DNA of 64,000 nucleotides. Origin: the human T2T-CHM13v2.0 reference genome, Homo sapiens. The stretch lies in NCBI RefSeq assembly GCF_009914755.1, contig NC_060936.1. The stretch is one strand, 5' to 3'. Positions 21,175 through 37,148 of the stretch are shown piece after piece. The position numbers and the translations under genes are program-made. The first letter of the stretch is position 1; each line of letters opens with the position of its first letter. Below the pieces are notes generated by a model that saw only the letters and a list, made by a program, of their open reading frames with translations, ran no database searches and was not told the origin of the DNA.

Positions 21175-22151
21175 TTAAAAAATTAAAAAATTAGCTGGGC
21201 GTGGTGACACACGCCTGTAATCCCAGCTAGTTGGGAAGCTGAGGCAGAAGAATCACTTGAACCCAGGAAGCGGAGGTTGCAGTGAGCTGAGAAAGTGCCA
21301 CTCTACTCCAGCCTGGGGGACAGAGCGAGACTCTCAAAAAAAAAAAAAAAAAAAAAGGCAAACTTTATCTTGTATTCTCAAGGCCATACACAGTTCCTGG
21401 CTCACCATAGGTATCCAATAAGTGCTTCTTGGACAAATAAATATTCAAATCTTCTCTCCAGTTGCTGTAAAACTAACCAAGGCTCTAAATTCTGCATCTG
21501 AAACACCCGGGAGGTTGTATAGACATGCAGATTCTCAACACCCATTTCAGACTTTGAATAAGAATTGGGTGGGGAGAACTAGGGGCAGGAATGGGGTTGG
21601 AGGATCTACTGTTAATGGAAGACCTAAGTTATTTGGTGGGTGGTCAGTTTGGGAAAGTACTGGATCCCACTCACTGAGATCCTTTTAAAAGGATATGACA
21701 GTTGTATATATTATTGCTCTCTATTCACAAATCTAGAATAACCTTTGCCACCCAACAAGAGTAGCCAGGAGGTACAAATAAGGGAAGCAGGACTCCTGGG
21801 CAAACCAACCTCAAAATTTTCATACCCTGCTTGCCACATGGAAGACGGCAGGATGTGTATATATGGGCTGCAGGGTGGGAGACTGAGCTCTGATTCCTCC
21901 CTCACCTCTTTCATCTCAACTGAAGCACAAAGCAGTTGATTCAGAAAACAAAAACCTATTTCAAATCCTGACTTTGTTCTCACACACTAGCTGTATGATC
22001 TTGAATAGATTACAGGTTACCTACTGTCTGAGCCTAATTTCCTTACTGTTAGGAACTTGATAAGAATATCTAACTTCCTCTCAGGATCGTGGCTGGAATT
22101 AAATGAGATAAAATATGAAAAATACCAGCACAAGGCCATCAGTAATTGTCA

Positions 22152-22760
<609 letters not shown>

Positions 22761-22769
22761 AGGAGACAT

Positions 22770-22855
22770 GCATTTATTCATTTAACAAACAGTTATTAAG
22801 CATCTATTATGTGCACGGTGCTGAGATAGGTGCTAGGAATAGAGCAGTGAATAAT
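22770..22855 (-). mobile_element. L2 3' end remnant upstream of GDF3
   Basis: CATTTATTCATTTAACAAACAGTTATTAAGCATCTATTATGTGC...GTGCTAGG. Confidence 0.6.
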
Positions 22856-22887
22856 TCATAGACTTGTAATTAATCATCTACATAGAC

Positions 22888-23109
22888 CAAGCTTGTCCAA
22901 CCTGCGGCCGGAGGGTCGCATGAGGCTCACGATGGCTTTGAATGCAGCCCCACACAGATTCATAAACTTCCGTAAAACATTATGAAACTTTCTTGTGATT
23001 TTTTTAAGCTCATCAGCTATCATTAGTGTTAGTATATTTTACGTGTGGCCCAAAACAATTCTTCTTCTTCCAATGTGACCCAGGGAAGCCAAAAGATTGG
23101 ACACCCCTG
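22888..23109 (-). mobile_element. MER30 (hAT-Charlie MITE) about 400 bp upstream of the GDF3 ATG
   Basis: Termini CAAGCTTGTCCAA...TTGGACACCCCTG. Degenerate 8-bp TSD acatagac/gattagac. Confidence 0.8.
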
Positions 23110-23623
23110 GATTAGACAAATACTCAAGTAGATTTCATTATTTTATTTTTATTTTTATTTTTATTTATGTATTTATTTATTTTTGAGACAGGGTCTCGCT
23201 CTGTTGCCCAGGCTGGAGTGCAGTGGCCTGATCTTGGCTCACTGCAAGCCTCGACCCCCTGAGCTCAAGAGATCATCCCACCTCAGCCTCTGGAGTAGTT
23301 GAGACTACAGGCATAGGGCACCACTTCCAGCTAATTGTTTTATTTTTTACAGAGATGGGGCCTTGCCATGTTGTCCAGACTGGTCTTGAACTCCTGGTCT
23401 CAAGCAGTCTTCCCACCTCGGCCTCCCAAAGTGCTGGGATTGTAGGCATGAGCCACTACACCCAGCCGCCAGCCTTGTTTCTCACCACCCACCATCCTTA
23501 GTGTGGATGCTCTAATTACATTGACCTATTTGTAGCTCTGTGAGCTCATTTCATCTCAGAGCCTTTACACAGACCAAGTTCAAAGGTCACCTCTACTTCC
23601 ACAGTTTCGACTCACCAAAATAG

Positions 23624-24046
<423 letters not shown>

Positions 24047-24740
24047 TGAGGATCAGAACTGTGTCTCTTTGCCTAAGTATCTTCAGTGTGTCTTTTTCCC
24101 CAAAGTATCTCCACTGGTGAAGAAAGTGTCCGGCAGGTAGCAGACATTTGATAAGTATCTGTGCAAAAAATAAATTAAGGAATTAATTGGTTGCTATTTC
24201 TAGAGGTCTCACTCTTTTATATAGTGAGGTCTTCCCCATTTCTTTTTTTTCTTTTTTTTTTTTAGAGACTAGGTTTGGGGAGTGTCTCACTGTGTTGCCC
24301 AGGCTGGCCTTGAATTACTGGATCAAGGGAATCTTCTGCCTCAGCCTCCAAGTAACTAGAACTACAGGCAGGTGCCACTGCTCGCAGGTCCCACTTCTCT
24401 TATCTCCTGTTTCTATCTTATTTAACACTTTTAAATTAATCTACAATCTTAACCTTTTTTCAACAATAAGAGTAGGTTGTATTTGGGTTTTCTTTATTTG
24501 ACTTTCCTGACTTAAGGTCAGAAATCAGACTAACTGGTTCAAATTCTGGTTCCACTACTGATTAGTTATGTGACCATGAGCAAGCCACTCAAGTGTAAAA
24601 TGGGAATAAAATATTCTTCGTTGCTGGGCGCGGTGGCTCATGCCTGTAATCCTAGCACTTTGGGAGGCCGAGGCGGGCGGATCACGAGGTCAGGAGATCG
24701 AGACCATCCTGGCTAACATGGTGAAACCCCGTCTCTACTA

Positions 24741-24899
<159 letters not shown>

Positions 24900-25376
24900 T
24901 CAAAACAAACAAACAAACAAACAAAAACATTCTTTGTTAAGGTGCTGAGGGCAACTCGTAAAATAATGTACAGATGACATTCAGGACAATGTCTGCCGAA
25001 TGGAAAGCACTCAATAAAAGTTAGCTATTATTATTATCGTCATTATTATTAATTAAAGAGGAGGTCGATCAGGTGCAGTGGCTTGTGCCTGTAGTCCCAG
25101 CCGCTTAGAAGCCTGAGGTGGGAAGATCCCTCGAGCTCAGGAGTGCGACGCCAACCTGGGTACTATAGCAAGACCCAGTTCCTAAAGGAAAAAAAAAAGG
25201 TTCAGCAGAGCACAAGCTAAGAGAAAAAGAAAAAAAAAAAAAAAAAAAAAAAAAGGCAGGGAGAGAGGTAGTTTGATCATGGAGGGAAAAAGAAGTAATA
25301 GAGAATGTGCAGTTGCCTAGCAGGAAAAGCACCAAATCGGCCAGGGGATCTGAGTTAAGCACAGCATTTCCAATTA

Positions 25377-25802
<426 letters not shown>

Positions 25803-25962
25803 CTAACCTATTTGGGACTCACTTTGCTTACCTAAGAAATCATAGGATTGAATTTTATTGTTTTTAAAGATTCTATAAGCAGACCAGGTGCAGTGGCTCA
25901 CGCATGTAATCCCAGCACTTTGGGAGGCCGACATGGGTGGATCACCTGAGGTCAGGAGTTCA

Positions 25963-26169
<207 letters not shown>

Positions 26170-26679
26170 TCAAAAAAAAAAAAAAAAAAAAAAAAAAAGA
26201 TTCTATAAGCAAAGCCACTGTAATTCTGGACTTTGAGCCCAAATCAGAAAATAAAAATCAGCCAAGCACAGTGGCCAGGTGGATCATTTGAGGTCAGGAG
26301 TTCGAGACCAGCCTGGCCAACATGGTGAAACCCCATCTCTACTAAAAATACAAAAATCAGCTGGGCCTGGTGGTACATGCCTGTAATCCCAGCTACTCAG
26401 GGGGCTGAGGCAGGAGAATTACTTGAACCCGGGAGGTGGGGGTTGCAGTGAGCTGAGACTGTGCCACTGTTCTCCAGTCTGGGTGACAGAGCGAGACTTG
26501 TCTTAAAAAAAAAAAAAAAAAAGAAAAAGAAAAGAAAATCAAGGCAATATAGCTAGGTAGTATAGAATTGGTTCTGGAGTCATGGACTTAAGACTAAAAT
26601 CCTAACTCAATCGCTTACTGGCTGTGGGTCCTGGAAAAATTGTTTCTCTGGTCTTTAGTTTTCTAATCCATAAAATGCG

Positions 26680-26849
26680 AAAAGGAGGGAGGGTGGGAGG
26701 AGGGAGAGAATCAGGAAAAATAATGAATGGATACTAGGTTTAACACCTGGATTAAACAATCTGTACAATGGGTCCCCGTGACACTCATTTACCTATGTAA
26801 CAAACCTGCACATCCTGCACATGTACCCCTGAATTTAAAATAAAAGTTG
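26680..26849 (+). mobile_element. L1P 3' end fragment
   Basis: TTTACCTATGTAACAAACCTGCACATCCTGCACATGTACCCCTGAATTTAAAATAAAAGTT is the classic L1PA/PB 3' terminus. Confidence 0.8.
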
Positions 26850-26967
26850 GCCGGGCACGGTGGCTCACGCCTGTAATCCCAGCACTTTGGGAGGCTGAGG
26901 CGGGCGGATCACGAGGTCAGGAGATCGAGACCATCCTGGCTAACACGGTGAAACCCCGTCTCTACTA

Positions 26968-27144
<177 letters not shown>

Positions 27145-27155
27145 TTAAAAAATTA

Positions 27156-27483
<328 letters not shown>

Positions 27484-28061
27484 TTAAAATGATACAATAA
27501 AATAAAATGAGAAAAATATCAGTCCAGCAGAATTATTGTTATCATAAACATAAAAAATTTTCAACTTCACTAGTGAAAAAAAGAAATGCAAATTAAAACA
27601 ATGAAATGTCTTTGTCTATCCAATTAGCAAGATGAAAAAAGACAACGGCTTGTGTGGATGAGGAAACAAGGAAATTAACGCTATTATACACAGGTCTAGG
27701 TATACATTAACATAACTTATCTGGAAGAAAAATTTGTAATATATACTAAATGTTTAAAAACTATTCCTGGCCAGGCGTGGTGGCTCACGCCTGCAATCCT
27801 ATCACTATGGGAGACCAAGGAGGGTGGATCACATGAGGCCAGGAGTTCAAGAGACGTCTGGCCAATATGACAAAACCCCACCTCTATTTAAAAATTAAAA
27901 TTAAAAATAAAAATTAAAAAAAATTTGAAAACCCAGCTGGGCATGGTGATTCATGCCTGTAATCCCAGTGCTTTGGTGGAGCAGAGGCAGGAGGATCCCT
28001 TGAGCCCAGGAGCTATGATTGCTCCGCTATGTGATTGCTCCGCTATGTAATTGCTCCACTC

Positions 28062-28217
28062 AGCCGGGCGCGGTGGCTCACGCCTGTAATCCCAGCTCTC
28101 AGGGAGGCACAGGCGGGAGGACAGCTTGAACCCAGGAGTTCAAGACCTGCCTGGGCAATATAGCGAGACCCCGTTCTCCACAAAAAGGAAGAAAAAAAAA
28201 AAGAAAAAAAAATTAAG
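28062..28217 (+). pseudogene. BC200 (BCYRN1) retropseudogene: Alu domain plus A-rich domain
   Basis: BC200-diagnostic CCCAGCTCTCAGGGAGGC and ACCTGCCTGGGCAATATAGCGAGACCCCGTTCTCCA(C)AAAAAGGAA. 16-bp TSD TGTAATTGCTCCACTC at 28046-28061 and 28218-28233. Confidence 0.88.
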
Positions 28218-29073
28218 TGTAATTGCTCCACTCTAGCCCAAGTAACAGAGCAAGAGCTTGTCTTGAAAACAAACAAACAAAAAACACTCAGGAGGAGAAC
28301 GTCAAATATAATGAAGCTTCTTCTTCAACCCTTATACTCTACCACCCTCCCATTGATAAATGAGCTCCTTTTCCTAATAGAAATGTCTCGTTGTTGTTGT
28401 TTGAAACTTTTTTTCTCAACTGAATTGTGGACACCTCTTCCATCTGTTCTAAACATGATATGATCATTAGTAGGGATATAAGAAAGTTGAGGCCAGGCAC
28501 GGTGGCTCATGCCTGTAATCCTAGCACTTTGGGAGGCCGAGGCAGGTGGATCACTTGAGGTCAGGAGTTAAAGACCAGCTTGGTCAACATGATGAAACCC
28601 CATCTCTACTAAAAATACAAAAATTAGCAGGGCATGGTGGCACACACCTGTAATCCCAGCTACTTGGGAGGCTGAGGCATGAAAATCCCTTGAACCCAGG
28701 AGGCGGAGTTGGAAGTGATCCGAGATCACAACACTGCACTCCAACCTGGGCAATAGAGTGAGACTCGGTCTCAAAAAAAAAAAAAAAAAAAAAAGTTGAG
28801 AAGAATCTTCAGAAATTAAGGAAAACTCCTTGAGATGTCCTGTACTAATTACACGCCATGCCCTGGTGACCATTTCTACCTTTCTTACTAGTTTTCAAAG
28901 AAAGGAAATGAGCACAGGCAATGAGACATTATCGAAATAGGTTGAATAGAATTTGCCGAGGGTACATACAAAGCCAACATACCAAAACTAACTTTTGAAA
29001 AGAATCTCACGTCCAGGCACGGTGGCTCACCCCTGTAATCCTACCACTTTGGGAAGCCGAGGTGGGAAGATCA

Positions 29074-29617
<544 letters not shown>

Positions 29618-30113
29618 TCACTGGAATTACAGGCACGAGCCACCGAGCCCGGCCATATTATCTTCTTATTAAATTATGTCTAATTATCAATTCAGGGTAC
29701 ATAAAGGGCCAGGCATGGTGGCTCACGCCTATAATCCCAACACCTGATTTTTTTTTTCTTTCTCTTCTCTTCTCTTTTCTTTTCTTATTTTTGAGATGGA
29801 GTCTTGCTCTGTTGCCCAGGCTGGAGTGCAGTGGTGCAACTTTGGCTCACTGCAACCTCCGCCTCCTGGGTTCAAGTGATTCTTGTGCCTCAGCCTACAC
29901 CACCAGGCCTGGCTAATTTTTGTATTTTTAGTACAGACAGGGTTTCACTATGTTGGCCAGGTTGGTCTTGAAACCCTGACCTCAAGTGATCTGCCTGCCT
30001 CGGCCTCCCAAAGTGCTGAGATTCCAGGCATGAGCCACCGCGCCTGGCTCCATACTGTACACTTTGATTTTGGGGGTTTATTTTTATTTTTATTTTTATT
30101 TTTATTTTTTTGA

Positions 30114-30326
<213 letters not shown>

Positions 30327-30408
30327 TGATCCACCTGCCTTGGCCTCCCAAAGTGCTAGGATTACAGGCATGAGCCACCACACCCAGCCATACTGTACAC
30401 TTTGAAAG

Positions 30409-30908
30409 TGTAGCAGGACGAGTCTCAGACAAAACTCCTCAGACACCAGATTAAAGAAGGAAGAGGTTGTTTTATTCGGCCGGGAGCATCGGCAGACTCG
30501 TGTCTTAAGAGCTGAGCTCCCCGAAAAAGAAATTCCTAGCCCTTTTAAGGGCTCACACCTCTAAGGGGTCTACGTGAAAAAGTTATAATAGATCAAGTAA
30601 GCATGAGAAACGTGACTGGGGGCTACATACATCAGCTTACAGAACAAAAAGTTTTACAGTGCTTTCTCATACAATGTCTGGAATTTACAGATAACACCAG
30701 TAGTTTTGGTCAGGGGTTAATAATATTATTATTATTTTAGCCACCAGGGCCAGGTGGTGGCGCCAAGGTCGTCTAGCTATTTATCTTACTTCTGTTTCTT
30801 TCCAACTTTTTGCTTTCTCCCTTTTCTCCTGTCTTATAAACTAGGGAAAAGGGGAGGTTGGGGAGAAACTGAGAAGGACAACAGGAGAAGTGGTGGCCTC
30901 ACACCATA
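30409..30908 (-). mobile_element. Solo ERV1 LTR, LTR2 family (HERV-E/Harlequin group, LTR2C-like)
   Basis: 500 bp flanked by a perfect 4-bp TSD AAAG (30405-30408, 30909-30912). Minus strand runs TATGG...TCCTGCTACA, with TATA-like CCTTAAAAGG near 30545 and AATAAA at 30476-30471. Family from recalled consensus. Confidence 0.85.
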
Positions 30909-32007
30909 AAAGGAGTCACCATGTGCAGTTCACACCTAAGAAGTGGGTAGTTGGGTGTGCCCCCCCACCCCTGTCTTGAGCATACATTGTTTGGAATTCT
31001 TCTGCAATTCTAAAGAGAGTTGGAACTCTTGTCCAAAACTTAAAAAAATTAGCCGACTGTTGGGGTTCATGCCCGTAATCCCAGCTATTCAGGAGTCTGA
31101 GGTGGGAGGATAGCATGAGCCCAAGAGTTCAAGGCTGCAGTGAGGTATGATGACGCCACAGCACTCCAGCCTAGGAGGCAGAGCGAGACTCTTTGTCAAA
31201 CAAACAAACAAAAAATAGCCCAGAGAGAGAGTTGTCTCTTCCTGTCCAATTATTAATTTGTCCTATCATTTATTTATATCAGAGTGACCTCATGAATATT
31301 TATTTTAAACTTTGGGTGATAATCCAATACTACTTATTTATTTTGTGGCTCAAGCTGTTCCAGGTCTTTTAGTTGGCTCCTGTGCTCCTACCAACAGGTG
31401 TGTTGTTTTTGGTTCTTTTTTCTTTTGAGACAGTCTTGCTCAGTCACCCAAGCTGGAGTGCAGTGGTATGAACAAAGCTCCCTACAGCCTTGATTTCCTG
31501 GGCTAGAGTGATCCTTCTGCCTCAGCCTTCTGACTAGCTGGGACTACGGGCGTGTGCCACCACTCCCAGCTGATTTTTGTGTTATTAGTAGAGACGGGGT
31601 TTCACCATATTGGCCAGGCTGGTCTCGAACTCCTGACCTTGTGATCTGCCCGTCTCAGCCTCCCAAAGTGCTGGGATTACAGGCATGAGCCACTGCTCCC
31701 GGCCATGTTGTTTTATCTAATTCAAGGAGAGACAAGAGCCCTGGTGTTCCTTCATTCACCTGAACAGTATCAAAGTGATCCACCTGCCTTGGCCTCCCAA
31801 GGTGCTGGGATTACAGGTGTGAGCCATCACGCCTGGTCTGACAATGCTCTTATCTTACATATTTTCTTCCCAGTCCTAGAATTAGCCATTTCTCCAAGGA
31901 GCTCTCGTTCTTTTTATTGGAGAATGTTACTAGAAAGTAAGATCTCGCCGGGTGCGGTGGCTCACGCCTGTAATCCCAACGTTTTGGAAGGCCGAGGCGG
32001 TGGATCA

Positions 32008-32310
<303 letters not shown>

Positions 32311-32619
32311 CTATAAATACACAAAACAAGTCTTTCCTGAAATCTCATCCTTAAGCAAATCTGGGAATGCTAACAGTATTTACTACCCTCTTCTGAGAGG
32401 CCCGAGTGACCTTTAGTCAGGGTTCCAGATAGCCTCACTCAAACAGCGAATTTTGGGAAATCTACCACCCATCTTCCCCTCTTTCTATCAGAGCCACCAT
32501 TTCTTCCAGCAAACTCTTTAGAGGGCTGTCATCGTATTGTCATCATTAAGTATTTTCCACTAAGCTATTAAATAATTGGCCCTGGGAGTATTAATTTCTC
32601 ACTGTGGAATTCCAAAAAC

Positions 32620-33000
32620 TAAGGAGGATTCCTGGAGAGGAAGGCAACTGAGGGCTGCGGGAGGTGAGGAGGAGGCGTGGACGCCAGGAGTTGTTTTGCT
32701 CACACGCCCCGCGGCGTCCCGCCTAGGTGAGCTCCGGACCCTCCCGCCCCACCCCAGCGGGGCTGCTCGACTCCGTCGTGCCCCCTTGGGCTTCCACTGC
32801 AGGAATGCAAGGCGGGTAACCTTCAAAGCCAGGTGGAAACGTCCGGTTTGAACCGCACATATGCTAGGGTGGAGAGTGAGAACGAATGCAAAGAGAGGCT
32901 AGCGTTGGGGTGGGGCTGCCGGGGCAAAGGGACAGGCCCGGGGGAGGCCCGGGCCGCCACGGTTAGAAAGCATGGAAAGAGCTTAAGTAAAATAGCTGCG
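32620..33000. promoter_or_regulatory. Orphan CpG/GC-rich non-repeat element, candidate enhancer or promoter
   Basis: Dense CpGs in unique sequence. KLF/SP boxes at 32701, 32744-32754 and 32907-32916; TFCP2L1-like CCGGTTTGAACCGC 32843-32856; TEAD GGAATG 32802-32807; ATGCAAAG 32886-32893. Confidence 0.6.
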
Positions 33001-33155
33001 TGTCGGCAGGGCGCGGTGGCTCACGCCTGTAATCTCAGCACTTTGGGAGGCCGAGGCGGGCGGATGACCTGAGGTCGGGAGTTCCAGACCAGCCTGACCA
33101 ACATGGAGCAATCCCTGTCTCAACAAGATCGAAACTTCATCTCAAAAAACAAAAA

Positions 33156-33188
<33 letters not shown>

Positions 33189-33365
33189 ATAGCGGGCCGG
33201 GCACGGTGGCTCACGCTTATAATCCCAGCACTTTGGGAGGCCGAGGCGGGCGGATTACCTGAGGTCGGGAGTTTGAGACCAGCCTGACCAACATGGAGAA
33301 ACCCCGTCTCAACTAAAAATACAAAATTATCCGGGTGTGGTGGCGCATGCCTGTAATCCCAGCTA

Positions 33366-33560
<195 letters not shown>

Positions 33561-33588
33561 TTACCAGGCTTTCCCTCTCTGGAATACC

Positions 33589-33643
33589 ATACACACACAT
33601 ACACGCACACACACACATATACATGTGTGTATGTATATATATA
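33589..33643. repeat. Compound (CA)/(TG)/(TA) microsatellite
   Basis: atacacacacatacacgcacacacacacatatacatgtgtgtatgtatatatata. Confidence 0.8.
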
Positions 33644-33842
33644 TGAATTTGTTTCAAAATGGGAGGTCAAAAAAATATATATTTTTGTGACAGGGTCTCT
33701 GTGGCCCAGGCTGGAGTGCAATGGTGCAATCATAGCTCACTGCAGCCTTCAACTCCTGGGCTCAAGCCATCCTCCTGCCTCAGTGACCCGTATTGGGTAC
33801 CCATATCGGGGACCACAGGCCTGTGCCATCAGCCCCAGCTAA

Positions 33843-33980
<138 letters not shown>

Positions 33981-34048
33981 TAAAATACGTTTAAATAAAT
34001 TTGTTATGCTTACCTCTTGTTAATCTGTCTTCTGTTATAGAAGTGTCA

Positions 34049-34183
<135 letters not shown>

Positions 34184-34717
34184 TTAGCTGGACATGGTGG
34201 CTCATGTCTGTAATCCTAGCTACTCGGGAGGCTGAGGCAAGAGACTCGCTTGAACCTGGGAGGCGGAATTTCTGCTCCCACTTCAGCCTTCAGAGTAGCT
34301 GGGACTGTAGGCACGAGCCACCATGCCCAGCTAATGTTTGTATTTTTTGTAGAGACAGGGGTCTCACTATGCTGCCAAGGCTGGTCTTGAACTCCCGGGC
34401 TCAAGTGATCTTCCGGCCTCCGCCTCCCAAAGTGCTGGAATTATAGGATTGAGCCACCAGGCCCAGCCCTGTTTCCTCTATACACATAACAGATTTTCAT
34501 AACTGAACTTACGAACTTTTTAAAATTATAACTCTTTACCATGTATCATTAAACACTTAAATAATTTTCATTACTCATCCAGACTCAATGCAATGTTCTT
34601 GCGGATTTCCCTATGTTCATTCTTGCTCCCCTTTCCCCTTCTCTTATGTGTTTTACAGCTGATAATTGTTTTCTCCCCCATTTTTTTCTTTTTCTTACTC
34701 CCCTCTTTCCTTCCCCA

Positions 34718-34752
<35 letters not shown>

Positions 34753-35249
34753 ATACAGAGTATTGCTCTGTTGCCCAGGCTGAAGTGCAGTGGCCCATCC
34801 AGGCTCATTGCAACCTCGCCCTCCCTGGTTCAAGGGATTCTCCCACATCGGCCTCCCAAGGAGCTGGGATTACAGGCACATGCCACCATGCCCCGCTGAT
34901 TTTTGTATTTTTAGTAGAGATGGGGTTTTGCCACGTTGGCCAGGCTGGTCTCAAACTCCTGGCCTCTCTGTTGGCCTTCCAAAGTGCTAGGATTACAGGC
35001 ATAAGCCACTGTGCCTGGCCCCTTTACCCCTTTTTCCCCCACTTTTTTAAATTCAAAAAGTTGTATGTGCATATACTATAAAGTAGCACATAGTTCTAAG
35101 TTTCTTAAAACAGACACATGTCCCAACTGCCGTCCTCTGCTGCATTTTTCATTTTCTTTTTCCTATAAGCACCCACTTTAAACTTTGGTATGGATGGCTT
35201 TTGGGGGGCATTTGTGTATTTCTTTTCTTTTTTTTGTTTTTGTTTTTGA

Positions 35250-35444
<195 letters not shown>

Positions 35445-35571
35445 TAGTCTCAAACTCCTGGTCTCAAGTGATCTGCTCCCAAAGTGCTGGGATTCCAGGC
35501 GGGAGCCACCACGCCCGGCCTTTGTGTATTTCTGTAGAGCAAGTTTTTTTGTTGTTTTGTTTTGTTTTTGA

Positions 35572-35881
<310 letters not shown>

Positions 35882-36183
35882 TGATTTTTTCCATTTAGGC
35901 ATCCTTGCTTGACTTCTAACGTGCAGATGTGGCTTTTTTCCTCTTCCTTCTCATGTATTAACATATTTCAAATTTGGTTCCTCATCCTTCTAATTTGCTT
36001 CTTTTCTTTTTTATTTGTCTTTTTTTTTTTTTTTGAGACTGAGTCTTGCTCTGTCACCCAGGTTGGAGTGCAGTGGCACGATCTTGGCTCACCGCAACCT
36101 CCACCTCCTAGATTCAAGTGATTCTCCTGCCCCAACCTCTTGGGTAGCTGTGATTACAGGTGGTTGCCACCATGCCCGGCTAA

Positions 36184-36366
<183 letters not shown>

Positions 36367-36820
36367 TAGTAGAGATGGGGTTTCACTGTGTTAGGCAGGA
36401 TGGTCTTGATCTCCTGACCTTGTGATCCGCCCACTTCGGCCTCCCAAAGTGCTGGGATTACAGGCGTGAGCCACTGTGCCTGGCCTAATTTTTGTATTTT
36501 TAGTGGAGACAGTGTTTCACCATGTTGGCCAGGTTAGTCCCGAACTCCTGGCTTCAAGCAATCCACCTGCCTTAGCCTCCCAAAGTGCTGGGATTACAGG
36601 CGTGAGCCACTGTGCCCAGCCTAGGTTTTTTACAAATGAGAGTCTATTTCAGCCCTTTTTGTTATCTCACCTCCTAATCCTAAACCCCCTGCAATGGGAT
36701 TTTTTTGTATTTATCTCTCCAGTGAAATTCTTGCGGACTGATTATCAGAGATTCCCCAGGCAAGAGGGAGATTAGCCAAGAGCTGAACAACAGAAGTAGA
36801 AAGTTCACAGTGCCGTAAAG

Positions 36821-37148
36821 CAGGGCTGCTTAACTTGAGCACCCATCAGAATCACCTGGGGATCACTTCTGGGTCTTCTGGCTAAATGCAGAATTGCCTG
36901 GGAGGCTTGTTAAAGCATTACCACTGGGCGCCAGTCTTTGATTCAGTAGGGCTGGTTTGGAGCTCAGAATTTGTATATCTAAGTTAACTAGGTGCTTGTT
37001 GTAAACTGCACTTTTTTTTTTTTCCCAAGAGGCAGGGTCCTGCCCTGTCTACCAGGCTGGAGTGCAGTGGCACGATCATAGGTCACTGCAGCCTTTAACT
37101 GCTGGGTGATTAAGCGATCCTGGAGATCACACTTTTGAGAATCACTTG
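36821..37148. mobile_element. MER5-like hAT MITE remnants with an inserted Alu fragment
   Basis: CATCAGAATCACCTGGG, TGATTCAGTAGG and CACACTTTTGAGAATCACT. Confidence 0.55.

Noticed and set aside
27586-27593. Perfect octamer ATGCAAAT as an OCT4 enhancer
   Set aside because: It is part of the ubiquitous L1 text GAAATGCAAATTAAAAC, with no adjacent Sox site.
28012-28057. Short direct repeats as a CRISPR-like array
   Set aside because: Three abutting copies with no spacers in primate DNA; this is an insertion-site triplication.
32576-33072. ORFs across the GC-rich element as small proteins
   Set aside because: Stop-codon scarcity is expected in GC-rich DNA, and there is no recognisable domain or splice structure.
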